A stretch of DNA of 33,786 nucleotides, taken from the NCBI RefSeq assembly GCF_001194135.2, contig NC_069003.1:37617311-37651096 (forward strand), read 5' to 3'. The position numbers were made by a program, and so were the translations under genes. The stretch's first letter is position 1. Each line of letters opens with the position of its first letter. Source of the stretch: Octopus bimaculoides. Lineage: Eukaryota. Shown here piece by piece: positions 1-12,325 of the stretch. The notes beneath the pieces are model-generated. The model saw nothing but the letters and a program-made list of their open reading frames with translations. It ran no database searches and was not told the DNA's origin.

Positions 1-699
1 GCTCTGGGTGAGGGAGAGGAGCAGGAGAAGGGGAGGGAGATGGAGGGGAGAACTGAAGTAAATGAGGATGGAGGTGATGATGAGCGCGTTGGCGATGTGA
101 GGGAGAGGGAGGGGGTCAAGGTGAAGGAGGGGAGTGAGGGCTTTATCAGCCCCAAAGGAAGGAAGGGGGTGGGGAGAGGACAGTATTCAACAGAAGCTGG
201 GAGGAGGCCGCAATGGGGTGGGGAACGACTTAAATCTAGAAGTGCACAAGCAGCGGAAATAGCAGCGGGGGGGAGGGGGAATGTGGTTGTAAGGGTGTGC
301 TAATGGTCTATGAAGGAAGTGTGGAGGTGGAGAGGGGAATGGCGGAGTGGAAGGGAGTGGTGAGGGGGAGGCTGCCCAGAGAGGTGTTTGACGCAGATGA
401 CAGAGGTGTTTTGGTGCATGGCAGCAGTTGTGAAAGATTTTTGGATGCGTTCAGAGTTGCAGAAGTGTTAGACATGATATGGTTGTGTGGCGCTCCGCCA
501 TCTGTGGTGCAGTGTGAGGATGTACGATGAGGGTGAACGTTTAATTTTGGGAATGAAGAGGAGGAAGGGACTGTAGGATCATGTATTAATGTGAACTTTT
601 GATGTTAAAATTGGGGACAGTGAGAATAATGTATTGGTGTGAACTTTTAATTCAAAAATGAGAAATGAGGAAAGACTGTAAAACTCATGTATGACAGTA

Positions 700-3600
700 T
701 TCAACTATGATCCTACAATTGACTACAGTAATCATCTTGACATTCAAATAGGCTGCATGTCCACAATCAGGCTAATTTTGCAGAGCTAAAAAGTAGCCTG
801 GAGAAACTCCCAGCATGTGCTGCTCCAACGGTAAGATTACAGTACCTCTTCTACAAGATCCTCCACCCCTTTTGATTGATCTTTTTGACAGGGGCGTTTC
901 TTTATTCTCATGACTTTCTCAAGCAGATACGTGCCTACAACTGTGTGTTCCAAATGACTTCTTTCAGTGCCAACACCATACGTGATGGGCATTTCATGCC
1001 TTCCTTTAAAGTGCAGGGTCAGATTTACTATAGAATTCATTCCCTGCAGCCACATGACACTGCCTCGCCTCAGTTTCTTCAGCTCTACTTCATGGGAGAC
1101 TACACTGACTAGGCAGCCTGGAGACAAGCCGTAGCTCCCTCTACAAACATAGCTCTGATACGTCAGCTGCAAGAAATGATTCACATGACAAACAGCTATG
1201 TCCACAGTTTCAGGTATGCTCTAAAGGCCTCCATATTACCTGAGTTAACTTTAGTTGTTAACACTGAGAACATTCAGGAGAACATTTTTGCCACTTCAAC
1301 ACACCTGCATGCAATGAAGTTGCCGTACTTATACAGGGTGAACACCACCACCACAAAGGAGACATTGTTCTACAACATCTCAACGATGCGTTCCAGTGTA
1401 TTTGTGAAACTTGTCGGTCTTACGATGCCCTACAGTATCCACTGCTGCATGCATATGGTGAAGACAGCTTCAATCTGCAAATTTCCCAAAACACTTCCAT
1501 GGAAAGCAACACTTCTACAAGCAAATCTGTAACTTGTATGGGATGCTATGCTCACCGCTATATGATTCAGGAAAACAGCCTAAACCACCTTCACCTTTCA
1601 CGCGACCTCTTTCAGCAACACGCAGTTGATAATGCAGTTAAGATGGAATCTCAGCGTTTGCGGTATATACGATTCAATTAGGCTAAATTACACGCCGAGA
1701 AATATATCCAACAACAACATGGCACTGGGGAGTATTGGTCAACAATGCATTCTGCCTTCATCTTTCACTGATGTTCCACACTACATGTATAAAAGGACAC
1801 GGGACACCATGGTTTACGTTTGACATTACAACAGACCAGACCTTTTTATAATATTCACTTGGACCGGAAAGTGGAAAGAGATCCAAATGAGCCTCCTGCC
1901 TGGACAACAGGCCCACGATAGACCTGACGTTATCACCAGAGTTTTCAGACTCAAACTGCTCAGATTCATGAATATTCTTACAAAAGATGAGATATTTGGT
2001 GCTGTCCGGTATTACATGTCTTCCGTGGAGTGACAAAAGAGGGGTATGCAGCATGTCCATACTCTTCTGTGGCTAACTACTAAAATAAACGCCAACGACA
2101 GGCAGGTTCATATCCACAGAAATACCAGACCCAGCCACTGACAAAGAGTTACACGACATTGTAAAGGCGACCATGGTTCATAGTCCTTGTGGACAGCAAT
2201 TGTATCATGGATAATGTTTGCTCAAAAAAAGGTTCCCAAAACAATTTGTGCATGAAACTCATACTGCTACAGATGGCTATCCACTGTAGAGAAGACGAAA
2301 ACCAGATGATGGAGGGTTCACCATAAACGTTGGAAAATTCGAGGTTGACAAGAAGTGGATCGTCCCTTACTGCCCGCTCCTCTCAAAGACCTTTAAAGCG
2401 CACATTGACATCAAATTTTGCAACTCCATAAAGTCGATAAAGTATGTTTGCAAATATGTGAACAAGGGATCCATTGCAGCCATGTTTATCCTCCAAGGCG
2501 ATATCTAAAATGATGAGGTCATCCAGTACCAGGCCACATGATACATTTGCAGCAATGAGGTGTTCTGGTGTATTTTTGGTTTTCAAATACACAAAAGGTG
2601 TCCTGCTGCCATGCAGCTTGCTGTACACCTGAAACACAGCCAAGGAGTAAACTTTACCAATGCCAATGCTGCCCAATTGGCACAGGAGCCAGGGGATACA
2701 ACTCTAACTGCTTTTTTTAAACTTTGTTAGACCCATTTGCACGCACACTACTATACCCATAGGTGCCGTCCTACTACATGTGTTACAACAAGACCTGGAG
2801 GAGAAGAAAATCAGGCAAACTTGTTGAAGGATACGATTAAGTTTGACGATTGCCTTGGGCGCGTGTACACCGTTCATTGAAACAAAACCGATTGCTTTCA
2901 TATTCGTCTTCTTCTTCATGGGGTCATGGGGCCCACATGTTTCCAAGATTCGTGAACTGTTGACGGCCACACATTTGCAAAATACAGAGAGGCATGTCTC
3001 CATTGAGGTCTTCGGGAGGATGACAAACAGTGGGAGGCCTGCCTAGCAGATACTGCCATATCCGAATCACCTGGAAACCTTAGAACACTTTTCACCGTGA
3101 TACTGCATAATTGTGCACCAAGTTGTGCCCAAGCCTTGTGGCTTCACTTTAGGGACACCTGTCTGATGATTAGAGGCAAGCTGCACAACTTCGGTTTCCA
3201 ACAATCAACATAGGCTATACAGTGGCTACCTACAATCAGCCGCTCATTTACATAGAAGACATGACTTTATCTCTTAGTGGCAGTGCTTTGAGCATGTACG
3301 GTCTCCTGCTACCTGAGCATTCTGCTGTAAATAATCTTCCATCGGAAATAATACGAGAGACTACATATAACAATGACGCGCTATCACAGAATGTGGTTGT
3401 CAACGAACCACTTTTTCTTTCTGACCAGAAACATGCATACGACACCATCATTCAATCAACTCGTGAGCATAGAGGTAGCATCTTTTTCTTGACACTCCTG
3501 GTGGGACTGGCAAAACCTTTGTTACAAAACTCATTCTTGCCAACATAAGACTATGCAAACGCATTGCAATAGCAGTTGCGACATCTGGAATAGCTGCAAC

Positions 3601-4210
3601 TCTGCTTCATGGGGGCCAGACTGCCCACTCCACTTTCAGCCTTCCTCTTAATCTTGCAAGTTATCCTATGCTTGTTTGCAACATCACGAAAAAGGGCAAC
3701 TGCTTGCTAAATGTCACCGCATCGTCATGGATGAGTGTACAATGGCACTCTTGAGGATACTTTGAGATATATGAGAATGCTCTGAACCAATGGGTGGTGT
3801 AACAGTCTTGCTGTCAAGAGATTTTAGGCAAACACTTCCAGTCATTCTAAATGGCACAACAGCAGATGAGGTTATGGTCTGTCTAAAGTCATCCTCATTG
3901 TGGTGACATGTCATAACTTTGCGACTACAATCCAACATGAGAGCACACCTCCATGTCGACCCATTGTCAGAAAAATTTGCCAAAGGCATTCTACTTCTTG
4001 GCAGTGGGAAATATGTGGAAGATGACAACAAAGATGTTGACATTGACATTGGCAGCATATGCACCATTGCAGATACCCTCCAGGACAAAGTTTTTCTGGA
4101 TATTGCGTTACACTATGGAGACTTCGATTGGCTATGTGAAAGAGCCATTTGGGCTCCCCAAAACGTTTCAGTCAATGTGATCAATGTCAGTCTCTTAGTA
4201 CATACGAGAT
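700..4210 (+). mobile_element. Helitron RepHel pseudogene, 3'-truncated, in CCDC25 intron 3 (antisense)
   Basis: Across frameshifts: GETPSMCCSNGK (~800), FKVQGQIYYRI, LPSSFT..PHYM, PDLFIIFT (~1837), VE*QKRGMQHVH (HUH, ~2025-2060), KSIKYVCKYVNKG (~2431-2469), Walker A DTPGGTGKTF (3491-3520), ATSGIAATLL, IVMDECTMA, DFRQTLPVI, WLCERAIWAPQN. Termini not identified. Confidence 0.93.
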
Positions 4211-4716
4211 CATGCTTCAAGCTTTACTGTTACTGCTCTTAAATTTACGAGTATCTCAAAATATGCATGACATCATATGACCAATATCCATCCACACTCG
4301 CAAAAATATACTGCCAAATAGAATTCACATCTTTCTTTTATACTCACATGTAGTGTGTTAAGATCTAGACCGCAGTAAATAGTTTCAATCATGGAGTAAA
4401 TTTATTCAAATATTAATTATAATAAAAGGGTAAAAATCAATAATAATTTTACCCGGTGGTCAGTGAGGTTTTTATTTAATGAAATTATCAGGTTTTTCTA
4501 ACATTAGTGTATTCCACTTTGAGTAAGAAAAATGTTAATTACTCTCCAGCCTCACCAGAAGAATCATGAAGCTAATCAGGGAAAAAATGACATTTTCATA
4601 AATGATTAACCATAGCTCAGGATTGGGAGTTCATAAAGAATTGGAATAAAGTTTGACTGGAAGCTTAAAGTTTTATTTCAAAGTGCCAAAGACAATCCTG
4701 GCCAAGATCCTACCTG

Positions 4717-5931
4717 TTAGGCATCAAGAGTTGCTCCTCTTTAGGCAAGGACTTCCAAAACCCACTTCTTGACTGCACCACAAGCTTTCTTAATGAGTTT
4801 CTCATCAATTTCCTCCTCCTCCTCTATCCTACATATGGAGTTTTTGAGGGCTTGCAGGAAGTGTGGGGTTTCTCACAAACTTTTCTGACCAATTCAATCC
4901 AGATGCTGAAGTCAAATCAGATGATGAAGGGGGCTAAGCGTCCTTATCTCAAAACCTGTTCCTAAGCTCATTCCGGAGAAACTTCTGAGCCATTGCACTT
5001 GTGTGACAAGGAGCTCCATCTTCTTGGAATATGAACTTGTTGGGGGTTTCCTTCATCAGGATATTTAGAAAGAATCCAGATCTTTACATCTTTCAAAACC
5101 CAAATATAACAAACTCCTGTCAGTTTTTCAGCCTTCTCAAACATGATCAATGGTATTTTTTTGCCATGAGAGGCCATGCAGGCGAAAATTATCACCCTGG
5201 CAGGGTTTTTGCACCTGAAAATGATATTTTTGGCTTTCTTGTGAGGGTCTGAAGCCAGAACATAACTGTTACATCTGTTTGTGTGCATATTTTGGGTGAA
5301 ATTCCTTTCATCTGTGTAAAAGATCACTCCAGGATTATGTTTCACTTTGTTCAAGATGATCTTCGCCCTCTCTAGCCTTCAAACCCCTTTGTCCTGTAGT
5401 AACAAGGTGCCTCACAGGTCTCACATATGATTTCATTTTCAGATTTCCTATTACTGCTCTTTGAACGATCATAGCTAAAACTTTTCTCTCATATACCAAG
5501 CATTTTATAAATTCAGTTGGATCTCTTCTGATTGATCACATCAGTTCCACATTGAAATGATGATCCCACCCCCTCTTGCAGTTATGACCTACTGATCCAG
5601 TTTCCCTCTCTACTATTTCCACTTCCTCAAACTTATTCACAATTCTCTTGTTGATTCTCGGATGGACTTTGAAGATGGAAGCCAGAGAATAAATGTTGGT
5701 CCATTACTGAAGGCCTGGATGATCTTAGCCCTCTCAACATTGCTCAGTTGTGAAGGCATGGCGAGGCTGGCACAAAACGATTTCAGCCTCTTCTCTTTCT
5801 TTCCCGGATTCTAACAAAAATTGGTCAGATGTCTTATTTGGAAAACATGGAAAATTGCAAATCAATCAAGTTTATTGGTTTTAAGAAATTTTAAGAATTT
5901 ATGAGAGCAACAATTTTGATGGTACACCCGG
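4717..5931 (-). mobile_element. Tc1/mariner, maT (DD37D)-like transposon relic; transposase about 5759 to 4717
   Basis: MPSQLSNVERAKIIQAF at 5759, then IFYTDE, FIFQEDGAPCHT, F*DKDA*PPSSSDL and (D)FSIW. A right end resembling CACCGGGTGTACC is present; no left TIR found. Confidence 0.85.
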
Positions 5932-6091
5932 TGTGTGTATGTGTGTGTGTATTATTTATTTAAAGGCACAATACATTATTTAAGCGCTATTAATAGTTTC
6001 ATATACTGAGAAATACTCAAACATATTCTTCAGGTGCAAACCACATATCATAACAAACTGAATAAATTGAATATAGAACAGTACATTATAT

Positions 6092-6470
6092 ATGACTGTG
6101 TGGTAAGAAGCTTGCTTCCCAACCACATAATTCCAGTTTCAGTCCCACTGTGTGGTACCTTTGGTAAGTGTCTTGTACTATAGCCTCGGGCTGACCAAAG
6201 CCTTGTGGGTGGATTTGATAGACAGAAACTGAAAGAAGCCCATCATATATATATATGTTTGTGTGTCTGTGCTTGTCCCCTGCCACCATCATTTCACAAC
6301 TGATGCTAGAGAGTTTATGTCCTCGTAACTCAGCAGTTTGGCAAAAGAGACTGAGAGAATAAGTACTAGGCTTACAAAGAATAAATCCTGAGGTCGATTT
6401 ATTCAACTAAAGGCAGTGCTCCAGCATGGCTGTAATCAAATGACTGAAACAAGCAAAAGGATAAAAGAAT
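6092..6470 (+). mobile_element. tRNA-derived SINE, family A (octopus-type)
   Basis: Head gtgtggtaagaagcttgc..ttcagtcccactg (B-box-like), body gacagaaactgaaagaagcc..gtgctccagcatggc, tail aaatgactgaaacaag. Homologous pieces occur at 7190, 8625 and 33605. Confidence 0.75.
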
Positions 6471-6489
6471 ATATATATATAATACTAAG

Positions 6490-6625
6490 TCCACTCTGAG
6501 TGGTTGGTGTTGGGAAGGGCATCCAGCTGTAAAAATCCTGCTGAAACAGTTGCAGAAGACTGGTGCAGACTTCTGCCTGGCCGGTTCCTGTTAAACTGTC
6601 CCACCCATGCCAGCATGGGTGGGAT
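6490..6625 (+). mobile_element. 3' tail of RTE-type LINE or partner SINE
   Basis: gggaagggcatccagctgtaaaa...cccatgccagcatgg, recognised from memory as an RTE 3' end. Confidence 0.55.
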
Positions 6626-6830
6626 ATATACATATATGGAAGTTTTCTTATGACAGTTTTCTATCTCTTAGTTTGTTAATGAAGATTAAAATGCAACAGT
6701 CTTTTCATGGGGCAAGTTACCCTGTACATGACTCTAAACTGGTATTTACCTCTGAATAAATATATACATGAATACTTACACAAAAATATAGAACTCAACA
6801 GCATATACAGTGCACAATATCAATACTTAC

Positions 6831-6870
6831 CATACATCTTCTGGAAATCCCCATTTGATAAGATCTTCAT
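6831..6870 (-). CDS. CCDC25: CCDC25 coding exon 3 (40 nt), (N)[12 protein letters not shown](W); later exons not found, so probably left of position 1
   Basis: Acceptor gtttttctctctgaAG and donor GTAAGT. I did not find the expected next exon (FHVDKLSSAH) in 1-6830. Confidence 0.92.
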
Positions 6871-7189
6871 CTTCAGAGAGAAAAACAACAACCACAATAA
6901 GAACAAGAAGCATTTCAATAAAAAATAAACATTACAAATGAAGATGAATGACATTAGATATTGAAATTTATGCCATAAACAATATTATAGATTTGAACAT
7001 ACAAGTATGCAATCAAAATACAGATCTTCGTGATAAGCATGGGAATAGAACATATGCCAATCATGTCAAGCAAATATGTTTAAGTCTTGCTGATTTCTAT
7101 TTGTTACTGTTAAGTTATGGGACATAAACACAGGCACTCGATTTTCAAGTGTTGTTTACATAGACATGGAATCAGACACACACACACAC

Positions 7190-7350
7190 GTGTAGTTAAG
7201 AAATTCAGTTTGCATCCATTTGGTTTCAGGTTCAGTCCCACTGCATGGTATCTTGGGTAAAAATTTTCCACTATAAACCTAGGCCAAACAATGCAATGAA
7301 AAGTAATTTAGTAAATAGAAATTCCAGGAACCACATCATGTGTATGTTTG
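7190..7350 (+). mobile_element. degraded SINE family A 5' part
   Basis: ggttcagtcccactgcatggtatcttggg is similar to 6140-6170. Confidence 0.6.
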
Positions 7351-7479
7351 TCACCCGTTACTCTGCCCTTTCAAAGACCTGTGGAATATAGAAATTTTGG
7401 ATTGGAAAAACAGGAAGCATACCAACAAAATTGTGCCTCATAACTCTCCTTTTACATGGGCATTAAACTAATACAGCCT

Positions 7480-7909
7480 GGTTGTTATACTGATGATCCT
7501 CATGCACAAACTGATGAATTTTTACCACATTTCTGGGTGTGGTCTTCCAGGGACAGTTTTTCCCTTTTGAAGCACCTGTGCCACTCAAAACATTGTATAT
7601 GACCTACTGCCTCGTTGCCATAAGCTTGCTGAAGCATGCTCAATGTCCCTGTAGCAGACTTCCCAAGTTTAATGCAAAATTTCGTGTTGGCTATTTGTTC
7701 CAGCTTCCTGTCCATTACAAAAATTGCAGACAACAGCAGACACATGATCACAAAAATCCAAATTTCACAAATTGTGAAGTAAACAAGTGATGTCACTTGG
7801 CATACTGCCTCATGAAGGTCACTGCTAGCACTCACTGCGCACACAACTGTGTGCTGCCATCTGTTGGCACACTACTGAATTAGTCCAGGAACTTTTTAAT
7901 ACCACCTTG
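7480..7909 (-). mobile_element. mariner 5' fragment (TIR + HTH coding part)
   Basis: MDRKLEQIANTKFCIKLGKSATGTLSMLQQAYGNEAVGHIQCFEWHRCFK. The terminus reads TA|CAAGGTGGTATTAAAAAGTTCCTGGAC on the minus strand. Confidence 0.85.
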
Positions 7910-8255
7910 TATGTGGTAAAATGTGAAACTAAAATGTGTTCTACTAGGAAATGAAACTAGATTGTATGCCAATTAAAGCTCCCTAAGTGGTGGTGGCTTG
8001 CTTTGCTAGAAATAGCAACCAAACCTTCCCCAAATGCCTTAAAAATAGCAAGATACATTACAAAAAATTTAGTGAGATAGATTATATCAGAAGCAAGGAT
8101 GGATTTGTCATGGCTGGAATACCATTAATCATAGGATACATTGCATCAGTGTTAGCCTATGACCTAAACAATCAAACTATGATGTCACTACCCATACCTG
8201 TACAGAGAGATGGTTCACACCACTAGAATAAGATATTCAAAGATCAAATACTTAC

Positions 8256-8303
8256 TCTCATACTTGTCTAAACCCATGTAAATCTGGTAGCTCGGAGATA
8301 CAA
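8256..8303 (-). CDS. CCDC25: CCDC25 coding exon 2 (48 nt, phase 1-1), [16 protein letters not shown]
   Basis: Acceptor ttattttatttttctAG and donor GTAAGT; the frame is open and continuous with exons 1 and 3. Confidence 0.93.
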
Positions 8304-8344
8304 CTAGAAAAATAAAATAATAAAAATCATTAATAAGAATATAT

Positions 8345-8535
8345 TGGATTCAAATTTTGGCCAAGGCCAGCAATTTCAGGGGAGGAAATATATCAATTAC
8401 ATCAGTCTCAGTGTTCAACTGGAATTTACTTTTCAGCCTAGCAGAATATTTGAACTAACAATGTAAAAAAAAAAAAGATGAAATACTGCTAAGCATCTTG
8501 TCTGGTTTACTAACGACTCTGGCAGCTTAGCTGCT
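8345..8535 (-). mobile_element. degraded SINE family B
   Basis: caaggccagcaatttc..aattacatcagtctcagtg..gaaatactgctaagcat aligns by eye with the copies at 15735 and 26270. Confidence 0.65.
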
Positions 8536-8624
8536 TTTTATAGAATTGTTTAAATATTATTAATATAATATAATCAAGAGGAGAATAGTTAGTTGACTGG
8601 AAGTGGCCCCTTAGAACATTAGAT

Positions 8625-8810
8625 ATCTTTTACTTGTTTCAATCATAAGATGGTAGCCATGCTGGGGCACCACATTGAAGGATTTTAATTGAACAAATCA
8701 ACCACAATACTTGGTTTTTCTGATAAAGCCTACAATTTATTCTATAGGCTTCTTTTGCTAAAGTTTATGGGGATGTAAACACACCAACACCAGTTGTCAA
8801 ATGATGATGT
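8625..8810 (-). mobile_element. SINE family A 3' part, reverse orientation
   Basis: ttacttgtttcaatcat..gccatgctggggcaccac..gatgtaaacacaccaacac is a reverse-complement homologue of 6290-6460. Confidence 0.6.
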
Positions 8811-8864
8811 GACACACACATGCACAAATGTACATTAAACACCACCAGTGCACAAAAAAAAAAA

Positions 8865-9990
8865 TACTCCCTTAACTGCCAGGGGAGGGGGATCCCTAGA
8901 AGTAGTAGAGTTTCCATTACTTAGGTGACAAAGTTAGTGGGGGTGACTGTTCCGAAAGCATAGGTGCTAGAAAAAGAATAGGCTGGGCAAAGTTCAGAGA
9001 GCTACTACCTCTGTTAGTAACAAAGGGCCTCTCCCTCAGAGTGAAAGGCAAATTGTACAAAGCCTGTGTACAAAGACATGGGCTATGACTACTGAGGATA
9101 TGCAAAGACTTGAAAGAAATGAAGCCAGTATGCTTCACTGGATGGGTAATGACATTGTGCATATATGACAGAGTGTAAGTAATTTGAGAGGAAAACTCAG
9201 TATACACTTCAGATATAGTGTGCAAGAGAGAAGACTGAGCTGATATGGCCATGTAATGCATATGAATGGGGACAATTCATAAAAAGGTGCCAATTTCTAA
9301 TAGTAGGGGGAACGAGTGGAAGGAGTAGACGTGGAATGAAATGGGGAGAAAGGTTCTGCAGATGTTGGGATTCATAGAGGGGATGACAGGAAGCCGAGAC
9401 CCATAGTGGTTTGCTGTAGAAAAGGCATAGGTAGAAACTCCACAAGATGTACCCAGTGTAAGCTATGGACACATAAGAGGTGCAGCAATATCAAAGGAAG
9501 GCTAACTAGGAAGTTAGTTTTTGTATGTGGCAGATGTTCAGGTGCAATAAACACTGAAAATGTGCAGAAAACTTCTTCCACATACCTGAAGGTGTTTGTG
9601 GTTTGTCTACCTTTCTACTTATTAAGGACTTTGGTTTTAGCTAGGTTGACTCTAAAGCCCTTCAATTCTAAACCTTGCTTCCACACCTGAAACTTCTCCT
9701 CTAGTTCTGATAGTGACTCAGCAATTAGAGCAAGATCATCAGCATAGAGGAGCTCCCAGGGGCAACCTGTCTTGAATTCCTGTGTTATTGCCTGGAGGAC
9801 TATAATAAATAGGAGGGGGCTGAGGACTGAACCTTGGTGGACCCCTACCTCTACCCGGAATTCTTCACTGTACTCGTTGCCAACCCTCACTTTACTGACA
9901 GCGTCCTTGTACATGGCTCGCACAGCTCTCACTAACCATCCATCTATTCTTAGTTTCCTCATTCTAATCTTTTTCACGTGTCCAACATCA
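8865..9990. mobile_element. RTE-clade LINE fragments, rearranged (RT on minus 9578-9990; Cys-rich segment on plus 9401-9577; C-terminal part on plus 8865-9400)
   Basis: GVHQGSVLSPLLF, LLYADDLAL and VNLAKTKVL on minus; CRKGIGRNSTRCTQCKLWTHKRC and LEVV..YLGDKVS..RIGWAKFRELLPLL on plus. Confidence 0.88.
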
Positions 9991-10040
9991 TAGCAAGAAA
10001 AGAAGAATTATATGGATGCAAACTGTATTTTGTTTTCTTA

Positions 10041-10377
10041 NNNNNNNNNNNNNNNNNNNNNNNNNNNNNNNNNNNNNNNNNNNNNNNNNNNNNNNNNNNN
10101 NNNNNNNNNNNNNNNNNNNNNNNNNNNNNNNNNNNNNNNNNNNNNNNNNNNNNNNNNNNNNNNNNNNNNNNNNNNNNNNNNNNNNNNNNNNNNNNNNNNN
10201 NNNNNNNNNNNNNNNNNNNNNNNNNNNNNNNNNNNNNNNNNNNNNNNNNNNNNNNNNNNNNNNNNNNNNNNNNNNNNNNNNNNNNNNNNNNNNNNNNNNN
10301 NNNNNNNNNNNNNNNNNNNNNNNNNNNNNNNNNNNNNNNNNNNNNNNNNNNNNNNNNNNNNNNNNNNNNNNNNNNNN
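10041..10377. other. assembly gap (N)
   Basis: N run followed by (TA)n. Confidence 1.
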
Positions 10378-11302
10378 TATATATATATATATATATATCA
10401 AGGAAAACGCGAAACATTTAAAGTTCAAAGGTTAGGGGATAGTAAGACGAATTTCAAATATGGTTTTTCATCGGTAAAGTAAAACGCTAAGTAAATTAAT
10501 TATTAGTATTATTTTCTGGTTAGTGGACATCTTTAGTACTAGGAAACACTCTCTGAACTTATGAATGGTATGTATAAGTTATACCTGGGCAAAGTGACAA
10601 ATCTTGCCTAGACATGTGGCTGGCTGCTATGGTACACATCACTGATAAGGCAGAATAGGACCAAAAGGCATCTGGCATTCTCTAACCCTAGTTGCTGCCT
10701 GGACGATTTTTCGTCAATCTTCGGTTTATACTGTTTTCAAACACAGCACGTCCACAGAAGACTTTTATCATGGGCGAAAACCACAGCAGCTTGTTCGTCG
10801 ATAAAGTATAAACATTAAGTATGGCGCGCACACACACATATATTTAGGAGCTTCTTCTTCGTCATCGCTCTGAATTTCAAAATGAAACGACGAAAAAAAA
10901 AAAAATGAACACTGATGATTTCGTATAAATATATGTATAATACTTCAATTATTTTTTCCAGTTTTAATTCATTGCAGTTAAGGAATCTATTCTTCCTGAT
11001 GGTCAGTTCTTTGTGTGTTACGATCTCTGCAATCGTAACACTCATGTTTTAAGTCTTTCTGATTGATGCCTGATTTAAACTGTGCATTACGTATATACAT
11101 GTGATATCCCATGTTCAACGAGAAAACAACCAGAGTTTCTTCAAAAATTCTGTTTGGCTATTGTCCATAATTCTCAAATGAATTCTTTGTAAATTATAAT
11201 TTGAAGTGACAGTGGTTATTTAATCATGACAATATGGGCAATGAAAAAGGGACATACGGTAGGAGATAATAACGAAAGGTCACTATAAGAGATGTGTGCA
11301 TA

Positions 11303-11408
11303 GACAGAGAAAGGGATAGATAGATAGATAGACAGAGAAAGGGATAGATAGATAGATAGACAGCGAAAGGGATAGATAGACAGAGAAAGGGATAGATAGA
11401 TAGATAGA
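11303..11408. repeat. compound minisatellite [GACAGAGAAAGGGATA(GATA)n] x4 in CCDC25 intron 1
   Basis: Units start at 11303, 11331, 11359 and 11379. Confidence 0.9.
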
Positions 11409-11576
11409 TTTGTGTGTGTTTACAATAGGTATGTATATGGCTAAAACCAATAACTGCAGGAAAATAATAAACTATTAATATTGAAGGTTCTGTTTTACTG
11501 ATTTCCTTTAGGTTTGCACTGGATCTTAGGAATGAACAAAAATAGAAAACAATTAAATTGAAAATCTGGAACTCAC

Positions 11577-11601
11577 CGGTGCTGGTGTAATAAAAGACCA
11601 T
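11577..11601 (-). CDS. CCDC25: CCDC25 (NFACT-R domain protein) coding exon 1, MVFYYTST+G
   Basis: Minus strand reads ATG GTC TTT TAT TAC ACC AGC ACC G|GTGAGT (strong donor). It splices in frame to exons 2 and 3 to give [37 protein letters not shown](W), matching the remembered human CCDC25 start [39 protein letters not shown]. Confidence 0.93.
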
Positions 11602-11838
11602 GGTCTTTAAGAGACTCTTTAAGAAGAAATGAAAACAACGAAAACGGTGAAGAGATTTCGTTTGAAATAAATCAAATAATCTCTTTCCAGTCAGAGTACT
11701 CTGAAATAACTGTTAGATTACCAGACGGAGCTGTTAGTGAGTACTATAAATATTTCAAAATCATCGTTTTGGTGAGATTTTAAAAATCTTATAAAGTTTT
11801 TGGTCGAAGAACAACGACAATGTCGGCCAGAAAAAGCG

Positions 11839-11847
11839 AAGATGGCG
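11839..11847 (+). promoter_or_regulatory. YY1-like motif AAGATGGCG in the likely CCDC25 promoter/5' region
   Basis: Exact core match about 240 bp upstream of the ATG in a CpG-containing region; function inferred. Confidence 0.35.
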
Positions 11848-12325
11848 TTGGAGAGTCAACAGGAGAGAGAAAGAGAGAGAGAGTCAAGAGGAGAGAGAGA
11901 CAGAAAGGACGGTTGAGCAACATCAATTATCTGCTCGTTCTCTTCTGGTTTCCCTTTTTCTTTTTTATATGAAATAAAGGTATAACGCGAAACTATACTA
12001 TTTACTTGTGAGGCAACTAAATATCTTTCAAACTACATTCTACTATTTTAAAAAGGAAGGCCACATTTGAATGTGTAGCTTTGAATACTCTACATTTGAG
12101 AGTAAAGCAAGATAATCACACTAATGTACGCCTGATTAGAGCTGATCGGGAATGGTTAAATAAGGTATATAATTTATTTAGTTAGTTCTTGTATGTTACT
12201 TTCTTTTTTCGCTGTTCGGTTCAGCTTCTCAAGTCCGACAACTCTATCAGCATTTACATAATGTTTTCTTACATTGGTACGAAACGATAGATTCTGTGGT
12301 AAAAGAGTGAATTGTTATCGATATA

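Noticed and set aside
1-540. Purine-rich ORFs 40-303 and 297-530
   Set aside because: Low-complexity sequence with no recognisable motif on either strand; possibly repeat-derived.
9974-10482. ORFs spanning N runs (also 22160-22722 and 28681-29020)
   Set aside because: Artefacts of translating gaps.
10585-10678. Minus-strand ATG..CAG|GTATAA segment (MPDAFWSYSALSVM..) as a first exon
   Set aside because: It lies inside CCDC25 intron 1, whose true first exon is at 11577-11601, and has no recognisable homology.
11224-11601. 125-aa ORF from the track
   Set aside because: Only the first 25 nt are exon; the rest is intron and GATA repeat read-through.
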